A stretch of DNA of 42,741 nucleotides from Candidatus Brocadiia bacterium (GTDB lineage Bacteria > Planctomycetota > DG-23 > SLPQ01). The DNA is taken from NCBI GenBank assembly GCA_007131925.1, contig SLPQ01000065.1, forward strand, positions 1-42,741, given 5' to 3'. This document shows, one piece after another, positions 8,770-18,654 of this stretch. Within the stretch, counting starts at the first letter, position 1. The number at the start of each line of letters is the position of its first letter. Made by a program: the position numbers and the translations under genes. The notes under the pieces are model-generated. The model was not told the origin of the DNA and did not search any database. It worked only from the letters and a program-made list of their open reading frames with translations.

Positions 8770-9399
8770 TTGAAAATAGACCTTCACATACACACCAGTG
8801 AGCGCAGCGGCTGCGGCAAGTCCACCGAGGCGGAGATGATAAGAGCCGCGAAGGCCGCCGGGCTCGGCGCGATCGCCTTGACTGATCACGGCGCGCTTGC
8901 GCCATCCCTTCACCTGGCCGAGCTCAACCGCCTCCACCACCCCTTCCGCATCTTTCCCGGCATAGAGATAGAGTGCGAAGACGAGCATATCGTCGTGGTC
9001 GGCCTCGAAGAAGGCGCGCTCGAACGGGACGGATGGAGCTACGAGGCACTCTACAGATTCGTCGCGCGAAAGGGCGGCTTTCTCTTTCTGGCACACCCCT
9101 TCCGGTACCATGACCATATCAACGTCGATGTCGACGCCTTTCCGCCGGGGGGTGTGGAGATAGACTCAAAGAACATGGCTGATGTCGACCGGCAGCTCCT
9201 CGATGACTTTTTCGCGCGCACGGGGCTTGCCCCCCTCTGCAACAGCGACGCCCACGATGCCGAGACCGTCGGCCTCTATCACAATACGCTCCAGCGCAGC
9301 CCGGCCGACCCTGTCGACCTCGTGCGCATCCTCAGAGAGGGGCGCTTCGCCTGCGGTGATCGCCCGGACGTGCGCTTCATGAGAAAGGAGAGCAGCTGA
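8770..9399 (+). CDS. PHP-domain metal-dependent phosphoesterase
   Basis: DLHIHT, ALTDH, GIE, AHPFR and NSDAH motifs. TTG start after GGAG. Confidence 0.88.
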   Translation: MKIDLHIHTSERSGCGKSTEAEMIRAAKAAGLGAIALTDHGALAPSLHLAELNRLHHPFRIFPGIEIECEDEHIVVVGLEEGALERDGWSYEALYRFVARKGGFLFLAHPFRYHDHINVDVDAFPPGGVEIDSKNMADVDRQLLDDFFARTGLAPLCNSDAHDAETVGLYHNTLQRSPADPVDLVRILREGRFACGDRPDVRFMRKESS

Positions 9400-10154
9400 T
9401 GCAGGCACAGGTAATACTCACGGCCAGTCAGTCCAAGAGACTCATCGCAAAGGGCATCCTGAAGTGGGAGCCCTTCCGGCACGCTCAGCGCTCAGGCATA
9501 ATCGCAATATGCAAGGGCACGACCAATTCCTATATCGTCGAGGAGCTGCTGGCCGAGGCCTTTGACAAGCGCCGGTACGTAATGGGCCGCACAGCGCCGG
9601 CAGGGCTCGACACCTCCTGGGCCGACGCCGAGGCAGCAGAGGTCGTACTGGAGGAGGGCAGGCGCATCGAGGGGGCCTTACTGGCCGACATCGTCACCCG
9701 AATGGGTCCAGGCGACCTCTTCCTCAAGGGCGCAAACGCCATCAACTACGATCTCGGCCAGGCAGGGGTGCTCATCGCTCACCCCTCAGGCGGCACGCTC
9801 GGGGCGACCATGGGGACGATTGTGAGCCGAAAGGTGCGCCTTGTGCATCCGGCGGGCCTTGAAAAAAGCGTGCCCGCAGACATTGCAGCGGCCGCGCGCC
9901 GCCTCTGCGAACAAGACGCCTGTGTCGGCCAGGTTTACGGACTCTGGCCTACACATGGAGAAATCTTTACCGAGATAGAGGCAATCGAGGCCCTTTTCAA
10001 TATCGAGGCCGTACCGGCAGGCTCAGGCGGCATCGCGGGCGCAGAGGGCGCGCTCACACTGTCTGTTTTCGGCGAAAGGGCCGAGCTTGACAGGGCCCTC
10101 GCCCTGATCGACGAGATTCAAAAGGAGCCCCCTTTCGGGGCCGGCGGCCCGTGA
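9399..10154 (+). CDS. Conserved hypothetical protein (possible NagB/RpiA/CoA-transferase-like fold)
   Basis: Start overlaps the PHP stop (TGATG) with an AGGAG SD. Motifs KGTTNSY, GPGDLFLKGANA, GLEKSVP and GSGGIAGAEG look conserved. The fold assignment is an inference. Confidence 0.75.
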   Translation: MQAQVILTASQSKRLIAKGILKWEPFRHAQRSGIIAICKGTTNSYIVEELLAEAFDKRRYVMGRTAPAGLDTSWADAEAAEVVLEEGRRIEGALLADIVTRMGPGDLFLKGANAINYDLGQAGVLIAHPSGGTLGATMGTIVSRKVRLVHPAGLEKSVPADIAAAARRLCEQDACVGQVYGLWPTHGEIFTEIEAIEALFNIEAVPAGSGGIAGAEGALTLSVFGERAELDRALALIDEIQKEPPFGAGGP

Positions 10155-10248
10155 ATAGCGGGCTGTGAAGACGCCCTTGGCGGCAGAGATCAGCCACTGA
10201 GGTCTCGCTGCAGAAAAAAAAGCAGGAACCCCTATCGACGAAGCGACC

Positions 10249-11832
10249 ATGGGTGCTTTTGACTACATCATAAGGGGCGCAAAAGTATATGATGGATCGG
10301 GCTCATCGCCCCGCCTGACCGACGTAGGCATTACGGGCGACCGGGTAGGCGCGGTGGGGGATCTTTCCGGCGCACATGGCAATGTCATCGATGCCAGCGG
10401 GCTTGCAGCAGCGCCCGGCTTCATAGACCCGCATACGCACAGCGATCTGCCGAGCCTGCTGGCGCCTCTGGCCGAGAGCCGTCTCTATGCCGGCGTCACG
10501 ACAGAAATCGGGGGAAACTGCGGCTTTGCCGCCGGACCGTTTCTCAAGCCTGAAGACCAGGCCTTTCTTGAAAACCATGACAAGATAGAAATAACGTGGC
10601 GCAGCCAGGCTGAGTTTTTCGACAGGCTGGAGGCGGCCGGTTCCGCTGTCAACCACGCATTTCTTGCCGGCCACGGCAACATCCGTCACGTAGCGATGGC
10701 AGGCGACTTCGACCGGCCGGCAACGGCCACCGAGATCCGCCGTATGCGTGCCATACTGGCAGGCGAGCTCGCCGCGGGCGCCATAGGCATGTCCAGCGGG
10801 CTTATATATCCGCCGGGCTGCTTTGCGACGGCCAAGGAAATCGCCGAGGTCGCAAGTGTGCTGGCAGACGGCCCACTCATTTATGCAACCCACATTCGAA
10901 ACGAGGGGCCGCTGCTGATGGAGTCCCTCGACGAGGCGCTTTTCATCTCAGAGACGGCCGCCTGTCCGCTGCACATCTCCCATCTCAAGGTCTATGAGCG
11001 CGAAAACTGGCACATTATCGACCAGCTGCGTCAGTGGTGGGCCGGGCGCTCAGAGCGCGCCGTTCGCATCAGCGCCGACAGCTATCCCTACACGGCATCG
11101 CACACCCGTCTTGACACTATACTTCCGCAGTGGGTATTTGAAGGCGGCTTTGCGGCCGAGCTCACCCGGCTCTCCTGCGAGAGCGAGTGGTCCAGGATAC
11201 AAAGGGATATGCCCGGAGACGACGTAGATGACGCATTCTGGGACTCGATCATGATAGCCTCCGTCGCATCAGCAGAAAACCGGCGATGGCAGGGGACTCT
11301 GCTTTCCGATGCGGCCGCCGGCATGGGCACCTCACCGTTAGAAGCGGTCAGGAGACTACTTCTGGCCGACAAGGCGCGCACGATGGCAGTCTTTTTTCGG
11401 ATGTCCGAGGCAAATATGCTCGATATTCACAAATGGAGCGACGTGCTTGTGGGCAGCGACTCGGCCGTGCGTGCCGCCTGCGGGGCGACCGCCGACGGAT
11501 TTCCCCATCCGCGTGCGTGCGGTACCACAGGGCGCGCGCTGCGCCTTCTTGTGCGAGAAAGGGGCGTACTTACGCTTGCCGAAGCGATACACAGGATGAC
11601 GGGCCGGGTTTCAGACATATTTGCTCTGAGATCCCGGGGCTATCTCAAAGAGGGCTATGCGGCCGACGTGGTCGTCTTTGATCCGGACAGTATCACCGAC
11701 CGGGCGACTTTCCAGAACCCACTCGCCTTTACTGTCGGCGTCAGACATCTTTTCGTAAACGGCAGACCGGTGCTGACCGACGGGGCTGTTACGGGCCTGA
11801 AGCCGGGCAGGCTCCTGCGCCATGGAGGGTGA
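10249..11832 (+). CDS. N-acyl-D-amino-acid deacylase (D-aminoacylase) family amidohydrolase
   Basis: PGFIDPHTHSD, GNCG, SSGLIYPPG, THIRNE, HISHLK, YPYTAS, GSD, PHPR, GYAADVVVFDP. Confidence 0.92.
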   Translation: MGAFDYIIRGAKVYDGSGSSPRLTDVGITGDRVGAVGDLSGAHGNVIDASGLAAAPGFIDPHTHSDLPSLLAPLAESRLYAGVTTEIGGNCGFAAGPFLKPEDQAFLENHDKIEITWRSQAEFFDRLEAAGSAVNHAFLAGHGNIRHVAMAGDFDRPATATEIRRMRAILAGELAAGAIGMSSGLIYPPGCFATAKEIAEVASVLADGPLIYATHIRNEGPLLMESLDEALFISETAACPLHISHLKVYERENWHIIDQLRQWWAGRSERAVRISADSYPYTASHTRLDTILPQWVFEGGFAAELTRLSCESEWSRIQRDMPGDDVDDAFWDSIMIASVASAENRRWQGTLLSDAAAGMGTSPLEAVRRLLLADKARTMAVFFRMSEANMLDIHKWSDVLVGSDSAVRAACGATADGFPHPRACGTTGRALRLLVRERGVLTLAEAIHRMTGRVSDIFALRSRGYLKEGYAADVVVFDPDSITDRATFQNPLAFTVGVRHLFVNGRPVLTDGAVTGLKPGRLLRHGG

Positions 11833-12086
11833 GACGACCAGAGCGCCCGACGCGGTTGTCCCTGCAGCTGTAACGTGCCGGCGCCCTCCGAAGATATAAT
11901 TACAAGGTCGAGCCCTCCTGCTTTTTCAGGGTGAAGAGATGCTTCATCCCATGGACGCGGCGGGAAAAATCGGTCGATCCTTTAAGGTCGCGACAGAAAA
12001 TCACAATATGAAGGATTGATTTGAAGGCCAATGCTCTTCCTGCGGCATCCCCATCCGCGCCCAGTCAAAAACGGAAAGCACCCACC

Positions 12087-14246
12087 CTATCGGCTGATGG
12101 CAGTTTGAAAGTCATCTTCGGTAAGAAACTCGACGCGCCCGTCAACGTAGAGCACATATCTGCCATCGGCTCGGATGCCCTCACGTTCGTACACCAGTAT
12201 GGACCTTGCCGGAGAGTGTATGGTCCGGCCTTTCACGTAGCGATAGTCGGACGAAGCCGTCGAGGCGCCTGCTCTTGGCGCGCCGAGCATTTCCGGCGCC
12301 ACCGCCTCCTCCAGCGTATCAGGGAAGCGCCCGTGCCTTGTTGTGGTAGCCAGGTGCAGGAGTCCGCCTATCTTGAGAAGCCGCTGCCTGTCGGCAGAGG
12401 CGCTCTCTCCCGGCGAGAGGCCCGGCTGGGCGGCCACCTGGCGAGCTGCATTTGCCCTGGCGATGCCTATGATGGCCGGGCCGGCCAGGCCCGCAATCCC
12501 GCAGGGGCTGTACACCTGGAGCTCGATGAGGCTTCCATTGGTGGTTGCAGCCATGGCTATGCCGTCGATATGCCTCTTGAGGCGAAAGGCCGGTGGTATG
12601 TCGGCGCTGCTGAAGGACAGCCGTTCGTCGTAGTATGCCCTGTCTATCTCGGAGCCGACACCGGCAAGGACATGCTCGTAGGCTATGTCGATGATGTGAT
12701 CGAGGTTAAAGTAAGCCAAATGGGAGACGTCCGCAGCCAGGGCGCTTCGTGCTCGCGAATAGCCTGCGCTGTCGGCTATGGATGCACTTGGAGCTATCAC
12801 GCGATCAAAGGCGGCTCGCAGGCTCTCCCTGCTTTTGGCGCAGACAAGGTAGCCGCCGCCGACCGTCAGGGATGGTGAAGGCCCGCCGGCGCCACCGGAT
12901 ACTAAGGAATACACGCGCTGGTTGCCGAGCATGGAGATTTCGAGCCTGGCCGAACGGCTCCCGGACGCCGCAAGCGGCGAGAGAAATTCGGGATCGGCCT
13001 CGGCATAAGCTGCGATCTTGCGCAGGGCCTCACGAAGGGCCGCCTCATTGCTGACCTCGACCAGAGTCACGCGGCTTAAACCAGCGCCGCTGATCAGAGC
13101 CATGACATCCCCTGACGCCGATATCCTGTAATAACCGATGGCCGCCTTTCCAAGAGAACCTATGACATCGCGGCGAAAGTTGACACCGGCCGACTGCTGG
13201 AGCCGCCTTGTCAGCGCATCCGGGTCAAAGCCGCCGTCTCCGGAGGTCGCCCTGAATAGACGCAGCGCCTCATCCCAGAGTCGTGCAGGGTCGCTCATTC
13301 GCGCGCCGAAAAAAACCGCGTCCCGCGGAACAACCGACAGGCGCCTTTCCGAGAAAGGCTCGCTTCCCACCATCTCCAACAGCCTCGAATCCTCCGAGCG
13401 CATCGAGACGAAGATACGATCGACGACACCTGAGCGGTCAAAACCGCTCTCCATGATTACTGATTCTATCTCATCGAGCCCGACCATGCCGATAAGGCCC
13501 GGAAGATCGAAGGGCACCCCGTCCGATGCCTCCCCTTTCAACCTCTCCACCAGCTCAGGAAAGTCAAGATATGCACGCAGTACACCCGATCCCTCGGCCA
13601 GGACCTCCCGAGCGTTGATGAAACGGGTCGATGCACTCAGGCTGCCGGCGGTCGAGGAGGCATTTCGACGGTCAATCGCCCCGAGCACAGCGTACCTGGA
13701 GCCCATCACAAGCAGGCCGTCAACGATGGCAGCGTGCCTGCCATCCACGCCCGATATATTCACCATCACCCCAGAGACCTGTATCCTGGTAGGGGGCATG
13801 CCCCGGTCGGCTTCTGCCGCATAGAGGCTATTGAGAAAATCCCACCCCGCCGCTTCCCGCTCGCCGATCTGGGCGACTACAAGGTGTTCAAAGCCCTCGT
13901 CAGCAGGAGAAAAGCCGATCGCGGCACCGCCTTTAATCGAGCCGACCATTTCGAGAAATCTCCCGACCACCTCAGGGGCGCTGCCGGTGCTCTCGCCCTC
14001 TTGCGACTCAAGGGAAAGCCTGATGCTCTTGGTCGAGTCGTCCTGCCATAGCGCCCAGAGGCCGGTATCCCTGGCCTTTTCGATGGCCGCCGGCACACTC
14101 GGACATTCTACGAAAAGGACGGTGTCGGCGGGAAAGAGCTGTGCCAGGGGCCTTGCCGGATGTAGCTCTTGAGCAAAGCCGGTTATAGCACAAGCGCACG
14201 CCACGACCATGAGCAGGCCGGATCGAAAATACGCCGGGAGCCGCAT
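12087..14246 (-). CDS. Large exported protein (DUF3352-like N-terminus) with a C-terminal pilin-like H-X9-DG-type module
   Basis: Signal peptide from ATG 14246, LFPADTVLFVE start typical of DUF3352-like repeats, TM-like GIAGLAGPAIIGIA, then LKIGGLLH..GRFPDTL..DYRYV..LVYE..GRYVLYVDGRVEF. Confidence 0.7.
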   Translation of the reverse strand: MRLPAYFRSGLLMVVACACAITGFAQELHPARPLAQLFPADTVLFVECPSVPAAIEKARDTGLWALWQDDSTKSIRLSLESQEGESTGSAPEVVGRFLEMVGSIKGGAAIGFSPADEGFEHLVVAQIGEREAAGWDFLNSLYAAEADRGMPPTRIQVSGVMVNISGVDGRHAAIVDGLLVMGSRYAVLGAIDRRNASSTAGSLSASTRFINAREVLAEGSGVLRAYLDFPELVERLKGEASDGVPFDLPGLIGMVGLDEIESVIMESGFDRSGVVDRIFVSMRSEDSRLLEMVGSEPFSERRLSVVPRDAVFFGARMSDPARLWDEALRLFRATSGDGGFDPDALTRRLQQSAGVNFRRDVIGSLGKAAIGYYRISASGDVMALISGAGLSRVTLVEVSNEAALREALRKIAAYAEADPEFLSPLAASGSRSARLEISMLGNQRVYSLVSGGAGGPSPSLTVGGGYLVCAKSRESLRAAFDRVIAPSASIADSAGYSRARSALAADVSHLAYFNLDHIIDIAYEHVLAGVGSEIDRAYYDERLSFSSADIPPAFRLKRHIDGIAMAATTNGSLIELQVYSPCGIAGLAGPAIIGIARANAARQVAAQPGLSPGESASADRQRLLKIGGLLHLATTTRHGRFPDTLEEAVAPEMLGAPRAGASTASSDYRYVKGRTIHSPARSILVYEREGIRADGRYVLYVDGRVEFLTEDDFQTAISR

Positions 14247-14442
14247 TTTAAGCCTCCTGATAGAAGCCCAACAGCAAACGTTCCTGTCTTTGAATATAGC
14301 ACAGCCTTTGCACGTCGGCAAGAACGGGCAATCGTGCTTGTGCCGGCTCACAGCCAATAAATTGTTGAATTTGACCCTTGCGTGATATAAATTTGGTCTG
14401 CTCTAACCAGCAGGTACGGCCGGCGACCCCGGAGGTATACGG

Positions 14443-15645
14443 ATGAAAGAGTGGTGCGCTGCGCTTGTCTTGTGGCTGTCTGTGGCGGCGACGGCCGCTC
14501 CAGGTGCACTCGTGGTGGCGGATTTCGAGGAGCCGCAAGAGTTTCGCATCGCTGAAAGCGTGGCAGGATCCCTCAGGTACGAGTTTGCCAGTGAAGAGAA
14601 CAGGGGGCACTTTCTGTGCGTGGAGTTTACACGCCTGCAAAACTCCGGCTTCGCATATATCTACCTGCCCATAGCGGACGCGCTCAGCGGGTCTGCCGAA
14701 GATTACGACGGCATATCTTTCATGGTCCGAGGCGATGGTTCGAGCACGTTCGGGACAGTAGAGATGCGCTTTGACGGCTTTGTGAACATTTTTCAGGCGG
14801 TCTTTCCGCTCGACTGCACGGAGTGGCGCCGCGTGGATATACGTTGGGACGAGTTTTTCCAGATGAACGACGGCGTTCGAAAGGCCGAGATGAACTGGGA
14901 CACGCTGAACCGCTTCGCTCTCGGCTCGAGAGGGATGTGGGGCTCATGCTCCTACGCCATAGACGATATTGCACTGGCCTCAATAGAACCTCGCGAGCCA
15001 CGGCAGGCTTACCGGGGAATGGCCCGGCTCGAGCGTACCGGCGAGAAACTGCGCAAAGAAGGTGCACAGCTGACGATCGCGGCGCTGGGCGACTCTATCA
15101 CTTTCGGCACAAGGTTGCCGGCGGATGAAAGGGAGGATGCGACATATCTCGCGCGCCTGGCGGCCGGCATCGAAGAGCGCTTTGCCGGCGCAGCAGTCAA
15201 GACGGTCAACGCCGGCGTTGGAGGCGATACGATAGCCCGGGGGATCGTGCGCATCGGCCACCAGGTCGCATATCATGAACCTGACCTGGTGCTCGTGTAT
15301 CTCGGCGCCAACGACGCCATGTACGCACTGCCCGAAAGCCGTGTTAGACATGCGATGTCGCTGCTGGTCGAAAAACTCCTGGAAACCACCGATGCAGACA
15401 TACTCCTGCTCGGCCCCACCCAGATCCTGGGCAAGCCCGGTCTGCCCGAGTCCTACGGGCGGATTTACGCCAGTATAGCGCGCGAACGTGGCGTGGCGTA
15501 TTTCGATCTTTCAGAAGCCCTCTCGATGCTGACGGAGTCGGATTTCAGGAACGCGCTGGCCGATAATGTGCACCTTTCAGCCTATGGGCACAGGGTCATA
15601 GCCGATGCGATACTTGATTTTGTCGCTGAAAGGGTCCAGCGCTGA
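14443..15645 (+). CDS. Secreted SGNH/GDSL hydrolase with an N-terminal CIA30/CBM11-like domain
   Basis: Signal peptide; VADFE...YDGISFMVRGDG...IDDIAL (galactose-binding-like domain); SGNH blocks LGDSIT, NAGVGGDT, GAND, DNVH. Confidence 0.88.
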   Translation: MKEWCAALVLWLSVAATAAPGALVVADFEEPQEFRIAESVAGSLRYEFASEENRGHFLCVEFTRLQNSGFAYIYLPIADALSGSAEDYDGISFMVRGDGSSTFGTVEMRFDGFVNIFQAVFPLDCTEWRRVDIRWDEFFQMNDGVRKAEMNWDTLNRFALGSRGMWGSCSYAIDDIALASIEPREPRQAYRGMARLERTGEKLRKEGAQLTIAALGDSITFGTRLPADEREDATYLARLAAGIEERFAGAAVKTVNAGVGGDTIARGIVRIGHQVAYHEPDLVLVYLGANDAMYALPESRVRHAMSLLVEKLLETTDADILLLGPTQILGKPGLPESYGRIYASIARERGVAYFDLSEALSMLTESDFRNALADNVHLSAYGHRVIADAILDFVAERVQR

Positions 15646-15687
15646 TGTGAAAAACCCCTGTGCTGCACTCGCCGGTGGGCAGCGTTT

Positions 15688-17808
15688 TCAAACGCCGAAC
15701 GAACGTCGTATGTTCTGGCGCAACCTCATATAGATGACCTCCCATAGGCGCCGATGTCCGTAATCGATCCTGGCCCTGCCGGCCATACCGGGCTTGAGGG
15801 GGCGAGAGGGGTCATCATTAGGCAGCTCTATTGCGATCTCAAAGGTAGCATCGACCGCCACGATGGCGCGTCGGATGTCCGAACGTGTCTGCACACCGCC
15901 GCCGGCCCTGTCGGCAAGGACCGGGCTGGGCAGGAAACGGCGCGGCGCCGCGGATATCTCCGTGACAACGCCTGCAAAGGACTCCCACGGATAGGCCCTG
16001 AGAGTAATGCGGGCCCGCGCATCTTCGGTGACAAACGGAAGGTCCTTTTCAGTGACGGCTACGGTGACCTTCGTCGAGGTGATGTCAGCAAACTCCATGA
16101 GGAAACCGCCCTCGCGGATGTACTTGCCGACGAGGCTGTAATTGGGTGGAGTCAGGATGACGCCGTCGAATGGCGCTCGAATCGTCAGGTCCTCGATACG
16201 CTCGCGGATGTCAGCTATTCTCAGCTCCACTTCGCGCTTTGAGTCGAGGTGGTATTCGCGCGTGGCAAGGTCGCCGGTCGCTGCGGCGTAGTCCGCCTGC
16301 ATCTGGTGGCTCTCGGCAATACCAAGCATCTCTTGCAGCGCGATCTCGAGCCTGGGGTTTTCCAAGCGGGCGATGACAGCGCCGGCGGCGACCGGCCGGC
16401 CCGGCTCAAAGGGCGTCTCTGCAAGTACACCATCGCTGGCAGCATACACCGTGTGCATGCGTGCGGGAGTTATGACGCACGGCGCCGTTACAGAATATCC
16501 CATGTCATGAAAGAAGAGAAAGTAGGCTCCGGCAGCGGCTATCGCAAGTATCACTGCGATACGACCCGGATTTACGCTGGCCGGACGGCCCTTTCGCCTG
16601 GCGATGTACACTGCAAGCCGGATGATGGGCACCAGCAGAAGTCCGTATACGGTGGTGATCATGATCCAGACGCCCAGCGGCGGGATGCGCCACAAGAGCC
16701 CCCTGACGATCCGGTACATAATGTAGATGATCCAGATCGACGAGGCCGTGCCGTAGACGAGTTTGATGGCATTTTCACGCGAGAAGATCGAGGCTCCCGG
16801 CACCTTGAGACCCAGGATGTAGCGCTGCACGAAGCGGCGGACGTACTGCACCGAGCTCGAGCGCAGGTTTGGTATGGCGAGTATGTCGCTGAGGATATAG
16901 TAGCCATCAAACTTCATGAGCGGATTGCCGTTAAAGAGCAGAGACGATATGCCCGCCAGGATCATGATCCGGTATGATATGGCCCTCGCCACACCCGGCG
17001 CACTGGCCCACCAGACCACAGCCGCGACCGAGGCGATGATAAGCTCAGTAATGATGCCGGCAGCGCTTATATAAAACTTGCGAGAATGCTTGTCCTGTAT
17101 CCATGCGTCGCTGATGTTGCAGTAAAGGCACGGCGTGAGCACCAACACGAGTATGCCCACCTCGTGGACTTCCCCGCCGAAGTACTTGCACGTGAAGCCG
17201 TGGCCGAGTTCGTGAAGGGTCTTGACAAGAATGAACATCAGCCAGAAGAAAAGCAGGTTTTCTGCGGTCAGCAGGTCTGCAAAGCCACCAGTGGCTTCAC
17301 TGAGGTTGCCGAAAAATATCACCAGAGCCCATGCAAAAAGGCCCCCGTAGATCGCAAGGGCCGGCCGCGACCACAGGAAACGCAGGTAAGGCATCGCCCT
17401 GGTGAAGATCCGGTCCGGATCGTAAAGCGGTATCTTGATGAAGAGTATCCGCTTGATCTGCTCCCACAGGCTCTTCTGCCTGCGCCGAAGCACCGCCAGG
17501 CGGTATAGTGACTCCGACTGGTTGGGAAGGACATTTTCGAAAAAGTTCGCCGTGCCAAGCTGCTGGATAAATGCCTGCAGCTCCTCATCGTCGATTTCGT
17601 GGCCGAGCTGCTCGAGGCGCGCCTTGACCTCGTCGATGGAGGTCTCCCCGTCCAGCATCCTTGTTATTGCGTACTCGGTGGGCATCAGCCGGAAGTAGCG
17701 CAGGCTGATGGGATCCTTGACAACATAAACAAGCTGGCCCTGCTGGTTTTGCGTCGATATCACCAGGTCGTCGCGGACCTTGAGCTGCTGCCAGTGGCTA
17801 AGCTTCAT
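15688..17808 (-). CDS. PqqD-like domain + M50 site-2 metalloprotease + HlyD/membrane-fusion protein fusion
   Basis: N-terminal VVKDPISLRYFRL...LDGETSIDEV (PqqD-like); HELGH zinc motif and NGNPLMKFDGYY within TM segments; C-terminal IRAPFDGVI and LKPGMAGRARI (MFP). Confidence 0.88.
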   Translation of the reverse strand: MKLSHWQQLKVRDDLVISTQNQQGQLVYVVKDPISLRYFRLMPTEYAITRMLDGETSIDEVKARLEQLGHEIDDEELQAFIQQLGTANFFENVLPNQSESLYRLAVLRRRQKSLWEQIKRILFIKIPLYDPDRIFTRAMPYLRFLWSRPALAIYGGLFAWALVIFFGNLSEATGGFADLLTAENLLFFWLMFILVKTLHELGHGFTCKYFGGEVHEVGILVLVLTPCLYCNISDAWIQDKHSRKFYISAAGIITELIIASVAAVVWWASAPGVARAISYRIMILAGISSLLFNGNPLMKFDGYYILSDILAIPNLRSSSVQYVRRFVQRYILGLKVPGASIFSRENAIKLVYGTASSIWIIYIMYRIVRGLLWRIPPLGVWIMITTVYGLLLVPIIRLAVYIARRKGRPASVNPGRIAVILAIAAAGAYFLFFHDMGYSVTAPCVITPARMHTVYAASDGVLAETPFEPGRPVAAGAVIARLENPRLEIALQEMLGIAESHQMQADYAAATGDLATREYHLDSKREVELRIADIRERIEDLTIRAPFDGVILTPPNYSLVGKYIREGGFLMEFADITSTKVTVAVTEKDLPFVTEDARARITLRAYPWESFAGVVTEISAAPRRFLPSPVLADRAGGGVQTRSDIRRAIVAVDATFEIAIELPNDDPSRPLKPGMAGRARIDYGHRRLWEVIYMRLRQNIRRSFGV

Positions 17809-18644
17809 TCCATGGTCTCGGCCTGCGCGGTCTGTACAGGCAAAACATAAAGCTCGGCATTCATGCCAGGTATCAGTGCACCGTCGGAGTTGTCCACTAC
17901 GGCCCTTATGCCGAAGGAGCGCCCCCCCACATCAGCAACGGGCGCGATGAAGGTCACATCCCCTTCGAAGACGGTTTCGTCGCAAGCCGCAGTCTTTACC
18001 TCCACCCTCATGCCATGCCGCAGCTCCGCCCGGCGCGCGATGTGGGGATGTGCCTCTATATAGACCTTACTTGTGTCAATCAGGTGGAAAAGGCGCTTGT
18101 CGAGAGGATAAGTGGTTTCGCCAAGCTCGATGTACTTTTTTGCGACTATGCCGCTGAAAGGCGCACGCACGGTGTACTCATCGAGCGTAGCCTTTCTGAG
18201 CTCCGCGATGAGCCTCAACTGCTCTAGCTCCTGCCGCTGGGCCTCGACCTGGATGCGGGAGACTTCGAAGTTGTACTCGGCCCTTTCAAGATCCACCTGA
18301 GAGTCGGTGCCTCGCTGGGTAAGGGTGGTGGCGCGCTCAAGGTCTCTTTTGGCCTGCTCGAGGCGCACCTCGGCGGACTTCAGGGCCGCACGATTGCCTG
18401 CCTGCATGACGGCAAGGTCATAATTGGCCTGCTGCACACTCGCGGCGAGCCTGCATAGCACGTCGCCCTCCTCGACCCGCTGGCCCTCCTCGACCAGTAT
18501 CTCCGCGACGATGCCTACTACCTCGGCATTTACGTGAGAAGAGCGCACGGCCTGCACGGTAGCTCTGATGGCAGGCTCGTCGGCGGCCTTCGCACCCTCG
18601 GCCAGCAGCGCCGCCGCAAGAACCGCAAAGAATATCTTTCTCAT
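17805..18644 (-). CDS. Efflux RND/HlyD-type periplasmic adaptor (membrane fusion protein)
   Basis: Signal peptide from ATG 18644; GIVAEILVEEGQRVEEGDVL lipoyl half, coiled coil, VRAPFSGIV, LIPGMNAEL. The stop overlaps the next start (ATGA). Confidence 0.9.
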   Translation of the reverse strand: MRKIFFAVLAAALLAEGAKAADEPAIRATVQAVRSSHVNAEVVGIVAEILVEEGQRVEEGDVLCRLAASVQQANYDLAVMQAGNRAALKSAEVRLEQAKRDLERATTLTQRGTDSQVDLERAEYNFEVSRIQVEAQRQELEQLRLIAELRKATLDEYTVRAPFSGIVAKKYIELGETTYPLDKRLFHLIDTSKVYIEAHPHIARRAELRHGMRVEVKTAACDETVFEGDVTFIAPVADVGGRSFGIRAVVDNSDGALIPGMNAELYVLPVQTAQAETME

Positions 18645-18654
18645 GGTCGACACC

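Noticed and set aside
11833-12086. TATAAT and a 26-codon ORF in the convergent gap after the D-aminoacylase
   Set aside because: There is no matching -35, no convincing SD, and no recognisable RNA structure.
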